DNA from: a virus
Lineage: Duplodnaviria > Caudoviricetes
Reading direction: 5' to 3' (one strand)
Virus record (IMG/VR): IMGVR_UViG_2974506496_000001
Location: 64,001-128,000 of that record
DNA: 64,000 nt
The position numbers were made by a program, and so were the translations under genes. Each line of letters starts with the position of its first letter. Position 1 is the stretch's first letter. Positions 18,037 through 26,999 of this stretch are shown in pieces. The notes under the pieces were generated by a model. It saw only the letters and a list, made by a program, of their open reading frames with translations, searched no databases and was not told the DNA's origin.

Positions 18037-18585
18037 ATGTCCGAAGCAGTGAAAGATCAGCAAAGCAATGATGTTAATGCAACCAACGATGTTGAGGTGC
18101 AGCCAACACCTGCTGAGACCTCTGCACCGGAACTGGCATCTAACGATGTGGTTGCCGCACCGGAAGCCGCAGGCGACGCCCGTCCTGAAGTCCAGGATAC
18201 GGTAGAGTCGACGCCAGTGGTGATTGAACCGGCTGCAGTTGCTGAACCATCCGCACCTGTCGTGGCACCTGCTCCTGTTGTTGTACCTGCGGCTGAGCCA
18301 GCTCCCGCACCTGTAGCACCGACCACCCCGACCGACAGCGATAAGACTGAAGGCGAACCCGATACCAATCGCTTCGACCATCTGGCCAGCACCTTGAAGA
18401 GTTTACTTCAGGTAGCCGGTCATGAGCTCGACGAAGCATTTGACGATGCAGTACCTTTGGCAAAACAGATCGCTTCCAGTGACGAAGAGTTCGGTGACAA
18501 GCTGAAAGGCATCCTTGTGGTTGTCGGCCGTGAATACGGCGAAGCTTTCCATCATTTCTTCAGCTATGCGAAGAAGCACATCTAA
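18037..18585 (+). CDS. Pro/Ala/Val-rich protein with helical C-terminal domain
   Basis: GGGGAG RBS before ATG 18037; PVV.PA repeats. Confidence 0.7.
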   Translation: MSEAVKDQQSNDVNATNDVEVQPTPAETSAPELASNDVVAAPEAAGDARPEVQDTVESTPVVIEPAAVAEPSAPVVAPAPVVVPAAEPAPAPVAPTTPTDSDKTEGEPDTNRFDHLASTLKSLLQVAGHELDEAFDDAVPLAKQIASSDEEFGDKLKGILVVVGREYGEAFHHFFSYAKKHI

Positions 18586-18663
18586 GAAAACAGGGGGCGG
18601 GATTTCCTGCCCCTTTTATGCCGATTATCTTATAACTGACTTACATCATTAAAGGGTTTTACC

Positions 18664-19629
18664 ATGACAGTTATTCAGCACGAGGCTATTGGTTATTGCG
18701 GGCATGCCATGATGGTGCACCAAATGGAAAAAGATCAAGCAACCATTAAGCAATACGCAAAGCAGTTGGAAGGTGCCGGGCTGGAGGCGTTTGATACCCC
18801 TTCGCACAAACTGGTACTGCAGGGCATGTCTGCTCGTTACGGCGATTACATGAAGCTTGGTTCTGGTCAGGAAGGACTGGGAACAATGGTTCTGTTGGGG
18901 GTGGCTATCGGTGGCGGGGTGGCGGCATACAAGAAATTGATGCTGGCGAAAAACTCGCCGATTACAAAAGATATCAGTGATGTATTGAGTAAGGTCACTG
19001 AAACCTATACCCCGAAATGGCTCGAAGGTAAAACCTCGGTTAATAAAGATGTGACTTGCGGAAAACTGAATAAGTTATTCGGCGGGTCTGAGTTGTCAGT
19101 ACTTGATACTGCAGCCATCAAATACGCCACCCAAGCTGAACGTGAAGCAAAAACAGCCGGCGTATATTTGACAGGCGCGTGGGATAAAATAAAACCTCTG
19201 TTAGAGCGGTGGAAGAAAGCTGGTGAAGGGGAGGAGGATGAAGTCATCGAGCTAATGACTGATCTATACCCAGAGCCACCTTACTCTACTATGCCTGCTA
19301 TTCACGCCAATACCCCTGGGGGTAAAGGTGAAAAAGTTAAAGCTCTCTCAGAGGCTGAATATCCTAAAGCAGTTGCATTATTGAAAGCACTCCTGAAAGC
19401 CGCCGAAGAAGTCGACGGGATGTCTTACGATATTGCCAATAACGTTGGCTTTAAAGATCACTGGTACGATGGTATCCCGGCCGATAAACGTGGTGAGGAA
19501 CACGCATTCCAATACGGACACTACCGCTACTACCTTGACCATTGTGGCGTAAAGACATGGAACCAACACGAAACATTGATCAATGCAGCGCGCGGTGTCG
19601 AGGAATGGATCACCAAGTCATTTAAGTAA
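18664..19629 (+). CDS. Probable virion (head) protein
   Basis: N-terminal AGLE and GQE sites fit the S/A/G-x-E prohead-protease motif of phiKZ-like phages; flanked by terminators. Confidence 0.5.
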   Translation: MTVIQHEAIGYCGHAMMVHQMEKDQATIKQYAKQLEGAGLEAFDTPSHKLVLQGMSARYGDYMKLGSGQEGLGTMVLLGVAIGGGVAAYKKLMLAKNSPITKDISDVLSKVTETYTPKWLEGKTSVNKDVTCGKLNKLFGGSELSVLDTAAIKYATQAEREAKTAGVYLTGAWDKIKPLLERWKKAGEGEEDEVIELMTDLYPEPPYSTMPAIHANTPGGKGEKVKALSEAEYPKAVALLKALLKAAEEVDGMSYDIANNVGFKDHWYDGIPADKRGEEHAFQYGHYRYYLDHCGVKTWNQHETLINAARGVEEWITKSFK

Positions 19630-19713
19630 TCGCTACGAGGGGAGGGATAACACCTCCCCTTTTATGCCGGGCGCGGAATCGTATAGGTGCTTTTGCCAAC
19701 GAGGAATCTTATC

Positions 19714-20496
19714 GTGTTTGAAATGCTTTTAGGCGGTAGTCCGAACGGGAACTTGCCATTTGGGCAGTTGTTAGCCAAAACAACAACAGACTTTACAGTT
19801 CCTGCCGGAGTGACCGATATTTCCGGTGTTGCTATCGGTGGTGGTGGTGGTAACTCACGCGGCAATACCATTGGTGGGTCAGGGGGTGATTTACGCTGGC
19901 GTAATCACATTGCCGTTATTCCAGGTGAAGTGCTGTCACTTATTACCGGTGTGGTAACAGCTGCTGGGAAACCGGGCACCTCCAGTAAGATCATCCGTAA
20001 GTCAACCGGCGAAGTATTACTGGTCGCTAAAGGCGGTGACTCCACTGATGTATCAACACCGATCAATGGAGCTGATATAGGTGGCGGGAACGGTGGTGCT
20101 GGCACCAATCCATCAGGTGGTGGTGCTGGCGGGTATACCGGCAATGGTGGTAAAGGTGGTTCAGCTGCCGATGTTGATTCTGGTGGTGGCGGTGGTGGTG
20201 GTTCTTATACCTTCAGCGGAAACAGTTTTGGTTGTGGCGGTGGTGGTGTCTACCCTAACGGTAAAGGCGCTGATGGTGGCGCACCCCCTGTCAATACCGG
20301 CAGTCAGGCGTTTGGTGGTAAAGGGGGTTCTGGTGGTAATCCTGGTCAAAACACGAATGGGGGCTTATACGGCGGCGGCGCTGGCGCACCCATTAGGATA
20401 ACCTTTGCAACAACAGGGACTGCCGGCTGCATCAGACTCATCTGGGGTTCGGGTCGTGCTTTCCCAGCTACGAAGACCGCAGATATTACAGCATAA
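19714..20496 (+). CDS. Glycine-rich putative fibre/virion protein (paralog of 31992..32831)
   Basis: GAGGA RBS then GTG (MFEMLL); TVPAGV.DI..VA.G.GG, GGDLR, IWG.GR.FP. Confidence 0.7.
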   Translation: MFEMLLGGSPNGNLPFGQLLAKTTTDFTVPAGVTDISGVAIGGGGGNSRGNTIGGSGGDLRWRNHIAVIPGEVLSLITGVVTAAGKPGTSSKIIRKSTGEVLLVAKGGDSTDVSTPINGADIGGGNGGAGTNPSGGGAGGYTGNGGKGGSAADVDSGGGGGGGSYTFSGNSFGCGGGGVYPNGKGADGGAPPVNTGSQAFGGKGGSGGNPGQNTNGGLYGGGAGAPIRITFATTGTAGCIRLIWGSGRAFPATKTADITA

Positions 20497-20555
20497 ATGT
20501 TAAGGGATAAATAGGTTATAAATATATGAAACCCTCCCCTCATTGAGATTGAATT

Positions 20556-21134
20556 ATGGCCAAGATGACTTTCTATTACGCTTCGATGAACGCCGGCAAA
20601 TCCACTGCGTGCATTCAAGCGGGTTACAACTATTTAGAACGCGGACTGCGGGCCTTGATGATCAAGCCTGAGGTTGATAACCGCGATGACACAGAGAAGG
20701 TCAGCTCGCGCGTCGGTCTCAGTGCGAAGGCGGTTGTTTTTGACAGTGAGGTTAATCTAACCGAACTGGTATTACACCAGATGAAAACTTCCAAGGTCTC
20801 GGTGGTGCTGGTTGATGAGGCGCAGTTCCTGACACCGGATCAAGTCAAAGAGCTCAGTGACATCGCCGACTTCGAAGACATCCCCGTGGTCTGTTATGGT
20901 TTGCGTACCGATTTCCAAGGTGAACTCTTTCCTGGGTCTGCAGCCTTGATGGCTCGCTCAGATCGCCTTAAAGAACTGATCGGTGTTTGCCACTGTGGCA
21001 AGACAGCTCACTTCGTACTGCGTCGTGATGACAAAGGTCAGGTGGTGAAAGAAGGCGAGCAAATCCTGATTGGCGGGAATGACCGCTATGAAGCAGTGTG
21101 TCGCAAGCACCACCGCGTTGCTATGCTGAGTTAA
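20556..21134 (+). CDS. tdk: Thymidine kinase
   Basis: YASMNAGKST, VDEAQFL, YGLRTDF, CHCG, Y.AVCRKH. Confidence 0.95.
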   Translation: MAKMTFYYASMNAGKSTACIQAGYNYLERGLRALMIKPEVDNRDDTEKVSSRVGLSAKAVVFDSEVNLTELVLHQMKTSKVSVVLVDEAQFLTPDQVKELSDIADFEDIPVVCYGLRTDFQGELFPGSAALMARSDRLKELIGVCHCGKTAHFVLRRDDKGQVVKEGEQILIGGNDRYEAVCRKHHRVAMLS

Positions 21135-21149
21135 GCCTAAGAGGTAGGT

Positions 21150-21866
21150 ATGTTAGAAATGATAATGGCGATGCCAAAGGCGCTGATACCTAAAGCCGGT
21201 CAGCCGCTGATGGGGTTTAACTTTGATCAGGGTAAAAGCATTAGTGCACCGAGTGCAACCGCGTACTCCGGCGGGACGATTGAAACACTTAGCGCCAGTA
21301 ACGCCCTTGCGGGATATGGTCGTAGCTTGCGTTGTAATGGCACTGTCACCAACGTTACCCCGCTGAGCGCATTATCAACCCTCGGGCTGGGTGATTTCAC
21401 TTTAGAGTGTTACGCCTGGATGACCACGATTCCCAGTGCCTATTTCCAGCTCTTCCTGCTCCAGTTCGCTAACGGCAAATACCTCACCATCCGTGTGGGT
21501 GATGGCGGGTACGGCCAGCGCATGCAGGTAGGGATCGATTTAGGCAATGGCGGTAACTACTGCAGTAGCAAGACTGGTCCTTCATTGCGTAACGGCTGGC
21601 ACCATTATGCTTTTGTGCGTAAAGCCGGGAAGTGTCGCTTCTTCATTGATGGGCAGCTTCAGTTACTGGCGCTGGGCACTAGCACCACCTTTAACCTCAC
21701 TGAGTTTAACGGGAACTTTGATCTGTCGGGTAATTTGAGTTCGTTCGCTATTGGTAAAGCCAACTCCGGTGTAGGTGATATGTACATGCCTGAATTCCTC
21801 TTGTCCAATACCGCACGCTATCAAGAAACCTTTACACCACCTCCCGGTCCTATCTACCGCCCGTGA
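21150..21866 (+). CDS. Concanavalin A/LamG-like domain protein, putative fibre
   Basis: GDFTLEC.AW, WHHYAFVRK.G..RFFIDG, ARY..TFTPP. Confidence 0.75.
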   Translation: MLEMIMAMPKALIPKAGQPLMGFNFDQGKSISAPSATAYSGGTIETLSASNALAGYGRSLRCNGTVTNVTPLSALSTLGLGDFTLECYAWMTTIPSAYFQLFLLQFANGKYLTIRVGDGGYGQRMQVGIDLGNGGNYCSSKTGPSLRNGWHHYAFVRKAGKCRFFIDGQLQLLALGTSTTFNLTEFNGNFDLSGNLSSFAIGKANSGVGDMYMPEFLLSNTARYQETFTPPPGPIYRP

Positions 21867-21872
21867 CATTCT

Positions 21873-21900
21873 GCCAGGGTTTGTCCCTGGCTTTATGCCG
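21873..21900 (+). terminator. Hairpin + TTTATGCCG
   Basis: GCCAGGG..CCCTGGC TTTATGCCG. Confidence 0.7.
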
Positions 21901-21916
21901 CCCAAAGTATCTCAGT

Positions 21917-21935
21917 CCTACATTACCCTTGTGTA
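21917..21935 (+). promoter_or_regulatory. Putative phage promoter
   Basis: CCTACATTAC CCTT GTGTA. Confidence 0.65.
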
Positions 21936-21989
21936 GAAAACAACATTGTTAACTTAACCTATAGTGTTTTAGCTGGGAGGTTTCTTAAG

Positions 21990-22352
21990 ATGAATCACTT
22001 ATTATTGGATGTGACCGAGAATGTCACCCCGATCACGCGCCAATTTACCAATACCGATTGGGATGGCATCCTGCGCGATGTTAGCTTGTACATCATGCGC
22101 CTTTACTGTGCCTCCCGAGTACTTGGCGAACATATTCCCCATAACCCTGCGGCGCACTTAAAGGACATTCAGTGGCGCTATGGCTTTGACCCGAATGACG
22201 GGCCGGTCTCGGTAGAGTTTGTGAAACTGTATAAATGCCTGAGTGAGGCCATCGGGCTTTATGTGACACAGACCAACCCCACTAAACTGTTAACCGTAGT
22301 ACGTGTTTCAACGGCTAACAACATTTTTCAACTGCACTTAGGATATGCCTGA
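21990..22352 (+). CDS. Hypothetical protein
   Basis: GGGAGG RBS; stop overlaps hslU start. Confidence 0.7.
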   Translation: MNHLLLDVTENVTPITRQFTNTDWDGILRDVSLYIMRLYCASRVLGEHIPHNPAAHLKDIQWRYGFDPNDGPVSVEFVKLYKCLSEAIGLYVTQTNPTKLLTVVRVSTANNIFQLHLGYA

Positions 22353-24061
22353 TGTCATCATTAACCACCAATGAAGTTGTTGAGCATTTAGACCAGTACG
22401 TAATTGGGCAGGTAAATGCCAAACGGGCGATCGCATTGGCGTATCGTGAACGAAGCTTGAAAGCGGAGAACAGCGGAGAAGGCTGGCGTTATATCACCCC
22501 GTCTAACATCATGATGGTCGGGCCGTCAGGCAGCGGTAAGACGGAACTGGCTAAGCAGTTAGCGGACATGACCAACTCACCTTTTGTGAAGTGCGAGATC
22601 ACCGAGTTCACACAAGTCGGTTACTACGGGCGCGACGTTAAAACCATTCTGACTGATCTGTTGAAAGAAGCCATTCGGATTGCCCCGGAGATCTGGCGGA
22701 AAGAAAACAAACCAAAACTCAGTAAAGCGAACCGTGACCTGTTGGCACTGATGCTCAAAGACCCAGAGACGTTGGATGCCTTTGCTAAAGCACTGAACAT
22801 CACCACTGATAAATGCACTGTGCCGTTTGTGGAAGAGAAGCTCCTCAACGGCACCACCCTGCGTAAGCTCAATGTGCGTTACGGTTGGCGAGCGAATCCT
22901 TTACTGGCGGCCATCGATAAGCGGGCGGATAAACCGGAGAAGGGAGAAGAAGAGCCCCCAATGGAAGATGCGGCGGCGTGGACGCAGTGGTATGTCCGCA
23001 CCAAGATGAACTTTAGCAAGCTCGGGTATTCAGGCACTGAAGACAGTCTGGTGAAAGAAGCTGCCCGCGTGTTAGAAGCGATTCCTATTAAGGATAAGAT
23101 GGAACCGGTGCTGATTGAGGTAATTGGCGAAACCCTTAATGAGAAACGCAAAAAGATCATCGCTGCCCGCGGCGCCAGTCAACCGAAACTGATTCGTCTG
23201 CTGCTGGATGAGAAAGACTACAAAGCCCTGTGCCGTAAGCTACTGGAAACAATGGGTTCCCGACTGTGGATGAAGCTTGACACCATCATCGATATCGGTG
23301 ATGCGCTGAATCAAAGCAAGAACCCACCGCCGGACTTCATTGTTAAACTGGTTGAAGAACGCGGCATTGTCTTCATTGATGAGTTCGACAAGATCTTCCT
23401 CGACAGCCGGGGCGAGAACGTCGGTAACATGGGTGTAGTGCGTGACCTGATGCCTTACCTTGATGGGGTCGTGACTGAAGTCTCTACGGTCAATGAACGT
23501 GAACGGGGTGGTGGGTTATTTGGTGAACGGAACGAGAAGTACATCATCAATACCGCTAATATCCTCTGGATCGCATCAGGTGCGTTTCATCTCGCTAAGG
23601 TGAGTGATGTACCCGCTGAGATCTTAGGACGTCTCCCTGTGCATGTGAAGCTCAATCGCTTGACTGCAGATGATCTGGAAAAGGTACTCATCAAACCCCA
23701 CGGGTCGGTCATTGCTGGCGTGACACTGTTGATGTCAGCTGAAGGGGCTGAGTTCGTTATTGATGCCGCTGCGATTCGTGCTATTGCTGACTTGGCCTAT
23801 GAGTGTAATACCGTTGGTGAGGACACCGGAGCACGTCGTCTGAAAGGCGTCTGTTTCGAGCTGTTCCGCGACATGCTCTATGGCGCATCTAATCTATTAC
23901 CTGACCAAAAGAAAGTGCACTTCACCGCAGAGCAAGTGATGGCTGAGCGTGAACGCATTCTGGCGACTGTTGAGCGCCGTAAAGAAAAACCCAAAGAAAC
24001 CGACCCTGCTCAGCGCTTTGCAAAAGCCATGAAAGAGCTCGGGACTTTGGTTAACAATTAA
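22352..24061 (+). CDS. hslU: HslU/ClpY-like AAA+ ATPase
   Basis: LDQYVIGQ..AKRAIA, GPSGSGKTE, FTQVGYYGRDV, FIDEFDKI, GRLP, GARRL. Confidence 0.9.
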   Translation: MSSLTTNEVVEHLDQYVIGQVNAKRAIALAYRERSLKAENSGEGWRYITPSNIMMVGPSGSGKTELAKQLADMTNSPFVKCEITEFTQVGYYGRDVKTILTDLLKEAIRIAPEIWRKENKPKLSKANRDLLALMLKDPETLDAFAKALNITTDKCTVPFVEEKLLNGTTLRKLNVRYGWRANPLLAAIDKRADKPEKGEEEPPMEDAAAWTQWYVRTKMNFSKLGYSGTEDSLVKEAARVLEAIPIKDKMEPVLIEVIGETLNEKRKKIIAARGASQPKLIRLLLDEKDYKALCRKLLETMGSRLWMKLDTIIDIGDALNQSKNPPPDFIVKLVEERGIVFIDEFDKIFLDSRGENVGNMGVVRDLMPYLDGVVTEVSTVNERERGGGLFGERNEKYIINTANILWIASGAFHLAKVSDVPAEILGRLPVHVKLNRLTADDLEKVLIKPHGSVIAGVTLLMSAEGAEFVIDAAAIRAIADLAYECNTVGEDTGARRLKGVCFELFRDMLYGASNLLPDQKKVHFTAEQVMAERERILATVERRKEKPKETDPAQRFAKAMKELGTLVNN

Positions 24062-24076
24062 CCCTCTGGAGTTGTC

Positions 24077-24616
24077 ATGGACCACAATACCGCTCTTTGT
24101 ACGTTAAACCCGAAAGTCTTGATTCAGAATGAGTTGTATCGCTTCATTCGTCTGTATGCTTTGTTTAATGACTTGGATGTCCACGATGTGAACGCAATAA
24201 CCAAGAAGATCAATTCTGGGGATTGTGGTCTGGCGGCAATTACTGTGCACCACCTGCTAAAGGAAAAGTACAAACTGGATACGGATATCCTGATGTGCCG
24301 TAATCACTGTTGGCTGGCTTATCAGGAAGGTGAATACGATACGGCCTTTCCCGGCGGGTACACGAAACGGGTGGTGGAAGTCTGGGACGGAAGCCCGGAT
24401 GAATCCGTCCACTATTTAACCTTTCAGGAAGCGTGTGATGAATGGATGCCAATGGATGTCAAAGGGGCTTACATTGTAAAAGCCTTCTGCGCCATCACGT
24501 GGACACAGTTTCCCAAAGAGCTTCAGCATTGCTTAGACAATGCGGACGAATATGAGATGCCGGGTATTGCAGCGCAGTACGAGGCGAAATGTAAATTTGT
24601 CACTGACAAGATGTAG
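24077..24616 (+). CDS. Putative Cys-His-Asp enzyme, paralog B
   Basis: NSGDCGLAA...HCWL...G.YD..FP.GY. Confidence 0.55.
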   Translation: MDHNTALCTLNPKVLIQNELYRFIRLYALFNDLDVHDVNAITKKINSGDCGLAAITVHHLLKEKYKLDTDILMCRNHCWLAYQEGEYDTAFPGGYTKRVVEVWDGSPDESVHYLTFQEACDEWMPMDVKGAYIVKAFCAITWTQFPKELQHCLDNADEYEMPGIAAQYEAKCKFVTDKM

Positions 24617-24623
24617 GTGAATT

Positions 24624-25163
24624 ATGTCTGACGTTATCGTTATTCCTCGTTTAAGTGTAGTAAAAGGCGGATCGTATCAGCAGGTCAGTGGTGGTGTGTT
24701 AGCACAACTGCGACTTATCCTTGGTCCGGATATCCGCAACGTTGTGTTGCATGGCGCCCAGCGCAGTCATGCTAAGTTGTTAGTGGATGCCCTGCGGGCT
24801 GAGTACGAGCCCTTTGGTGTGACGCTGCAGTTCAATGCCAAGCCGTTGTACGACACGCTGGATATCAGTTGGCCAGACAGTGATGCGGTGACGATCCTAA
24901 CCCTTCGCCCTGAAGAGTTTGATGTCGAAGCGCCGTTACGTCTGAGCCACGACACCCACATCGTGGTTATCAGCACCAAACCGATCCTGACCACCCAACT
25001 GCTCAATCTCTACGACCATGCCGTTATGAGCGGTGTGCACGTTACACTGTTCACCACTGGGTATGTTCCAGCCGGGATCGTGTTGCTTGAGCCGTTGGAA
25101 GGGTTTGTTTATCAGCCGATGATTGACAACGTTATCAAGACACGGGCGATGGCACACGTGTAA
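24624..25163 (+). CDS. Hypothetical protein
   Basis: 179 aa ORF with AGGTGA RBS. Confidence 0.7.
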   Translation: MSDVIVIPRLSVVKGGSYQQVSGGVLAQLRLILGPDIRNVVLHGAQRSHAKLLVDALRAEYEPFGVTLQFNAKPLYDTLDISWPDSDAVTILTLRPEEFDVEAPLRLSHDTHIVVISTKPILTTQLLNLYDHAVMSGVHVTLFTTGYVPAGIVLLEPLEGFVYQPMIDNVIKTRAMAHV

Positions 25164-25187
25164 TTGGCGACATAATCTGCTGTTTAT

Positions 25188-25607
25188 ATGTTAACCGGCC
25201 TCCTGGTTATTCCGGGAGGCTTTTATAGCAGCATTCATTTTTTATCGAGGTTGGGTATGGTTGGTATTGGCTTATCTATCTGCTTTCGTTTACGTGCAGA
25301 AGAAGTCGACCCTTTCTTGGTGGGGGTGTGTAATTACGATGTCCTGATCACCGAGGAGCGGGTGCCCAGTTTATTGAAAGAGTTGGAGGGGATGTTTAAG
25401 CGGGTGATGTATCGTTACGATCATCAGTGTGATTTCAAACTGGAAGGTAACCTGCTGGAGATCGTGTTGCCGTTTCACCCTAACCCGTTTGAAGGAAAGC
25501 TTGCACCGGCAATCACCGTGCGCATCCCTAAAGATGTGAACTATGCGGTGAATGGATGTATGAAAGAAACCCATGAAGTGTTGTATCCGCTGACCAAAGC
25601 AGCTTAA
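25188..25607 (+). CDS. Hypothetical protein
   Basis: Real start probably internal Met 25257 (GAGG RBS). Confidence 0.6.
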   Translation: MLTGLLVIPGGFYSSIHFLSRLGMVGIGLSICFRLRAEEVDPFLVGVCNYDVLITEERVPSLLKELEGMFKRVMYRYDHQCDFKLEGNLLEIVLPFHPNPFEGKLAPAITVRIPKDVNYAVNGCMKETHEVLYPLTKAA

Positions 25608-25619
25608 AGAATTTATAAA

Positions 25620-25638
25620 CCTACATTACTCTCGTGAT
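25620..25638 (+). promoter_or_regulatory. Putative phage promoter
   Basis: CCTACATTAC TCTC GTGAT. Confidence 0.7.
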
Positions 25639-25666
25639 GTAAGATAATTAACTAAGTGGGTGCATT

Positions 25667-26284
25667 ATGGCCTGGAATGGGTATGTCCTGGAATTCTTGG
25701 GCAATGACCTCGGGAAGTATTACCTGGGAATCAGTAACATCGATGCTAAGCAGCAAGATGAGTTGATGCTTGCAGCATTGCGTGCCGGTGGTCCTGCGCT
25801 ACCAGTAGAGATCCAAACAGCCTATAAACAGATGGCTGAGAAAGAAGTCTTGCTGTTTACCCATGTTCCGTTTAATGCGGAGTATGCGGTTGTGGAAGCC
25901 TGGCAGAATGATCACATTCATGCACAGTCTCTGAAAGCACGTCGGTTTCGATTCTCGAGTCATCGACGAGAGACACTGTTCCAATGTATCAATGCCGAAC
26001 AGATTGTCAGTAAGATAAAGCAATTGCGCAGTCGAGTGACCGTGCAAGCCGGTATCCGTTTTGATGGCTTTTATCATCCACAACTGATGATGACTGACCA
26101 ACAATGGGTGCAGGAGCTGGAGATGCTCAATCAACTGCAATCGCTTTATTATTATCTGGGCGATTTCATTGAGTTCTTTGATGAAGAGTTCAAGGAGTTC
26201 AAAGGCACCGAAAGTGTCAAGGCGTTACCTTACCGCAATCCGTATTTCATCAACTTAGGATTGCAGTTAAGTCAGATGTGTTAA
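25667..26284 (+). CDS. Hypothetical protein
   Basis: 205 aa ORF just after promoter motif. Confidence 0.7.
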   Translation: MAWNGYVLEFLGNDLGKYYLGISNIDAKQQDELMLAALRAGGPALPVEIQTAYKQMAEKEVLLFTHVPFNAEYAVVEAWQNDHIHAQSLKARRFRFSSHRRETLFQCINAEQIVSKIKQLRSRVTVQAGIRFDGFYHPQLMMTDQQWVQELEMLNQLQSLYYYLGDFIEFFDEEFKEFKGTESVKALPYRNPYFINLGLQLSQMC

Positions 26285-26294
26285 CCCTCCTACC

Positions 26295-26966
26295 TTGGCC
26301 TATCATGGCCGCTTACTAAAGCAAAGAGAGATTACCATGAATATCATCAACACTGTATGTGAACTGACCAACATCTCCATCGCCATCAGCATCACCCATG
26401 ATGAGGAGGTGAACTCCACCCTGGTGGCATTGGATATCAACAATGTCCCGTTCTTCAGCTACCAGTGGGGTCAGGTAACCAAAGGTCAGCGTAAAGTCCA
26501 GCTGGGTGCTACAAGCCACGGGCTGAGTGCATTGTATCTGCACCTGCATCACAATGTCATCGACAGCCGTAACACCGACATCGCCCAGTGCTATCTCACC
26601 AACCGGGATGAGATCTTAGCCGTCGTGCGAGACCTGGGTGTGATCTTCAATGGCACTGAGTGGATTGAGAAACTCGATATCTCGCATTACCGTCTGGCAA
26701 TCGAAGAGCAGTTCCCAGGGGAAACCAAAGCAGTGATGGTGCTGACCAGCAAGGGCGATGAACACCGTGCGGCGTACACTTTCACTGCTAACAATTTAGG
26801 TGACCTTATGGGGACCGGGATCAAGCGGGGTGAAACGGTGGTGTTAAGCGGACATAACAGCCGGTTTGTTCACGACTACGCATCCACTGTAGTGCCGCCT
26901 CAGATCAGCGATGTCATCAGCAGTCATGCCGATACATTGAAAGCCCGTTTTCCGGCGTTAGTTTAA
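26295..26966 (+). CDS. Hypothetical protein
   Basis: Real start probably ATG 26337. Confidence 0.7.
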   Translation: MAYHGRLLKQREITMNIINTVCELTNISIAISITHDEEVNSTLVALDINNVPFFSYQWGQVTKGQRKVQLGATSHGLSALYLHLHHNVIDSRNTDIAQCYLTNRDEILAVVRDLGVIFNGTEWIEKLDISHYRLAIEEQFPGETKAVMVLTSKGDEHRAAYTFTANNLGDLMGTGIKRGETVVLSGHNSRFVHDYASTVVPPQISDVISSHADTLKARFPALV

Positions 26967-26999
26967 TCTCCCCTTTTCCTTCTATTTAGAGAAACCGTT

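Noticed and set aside
19840-20400. GGT/GGC repeats as a DNA repeat array or CRISPR
   Set aside because: Simply glycine codons; no repeat-spacer periodicity seen anywhere in the window
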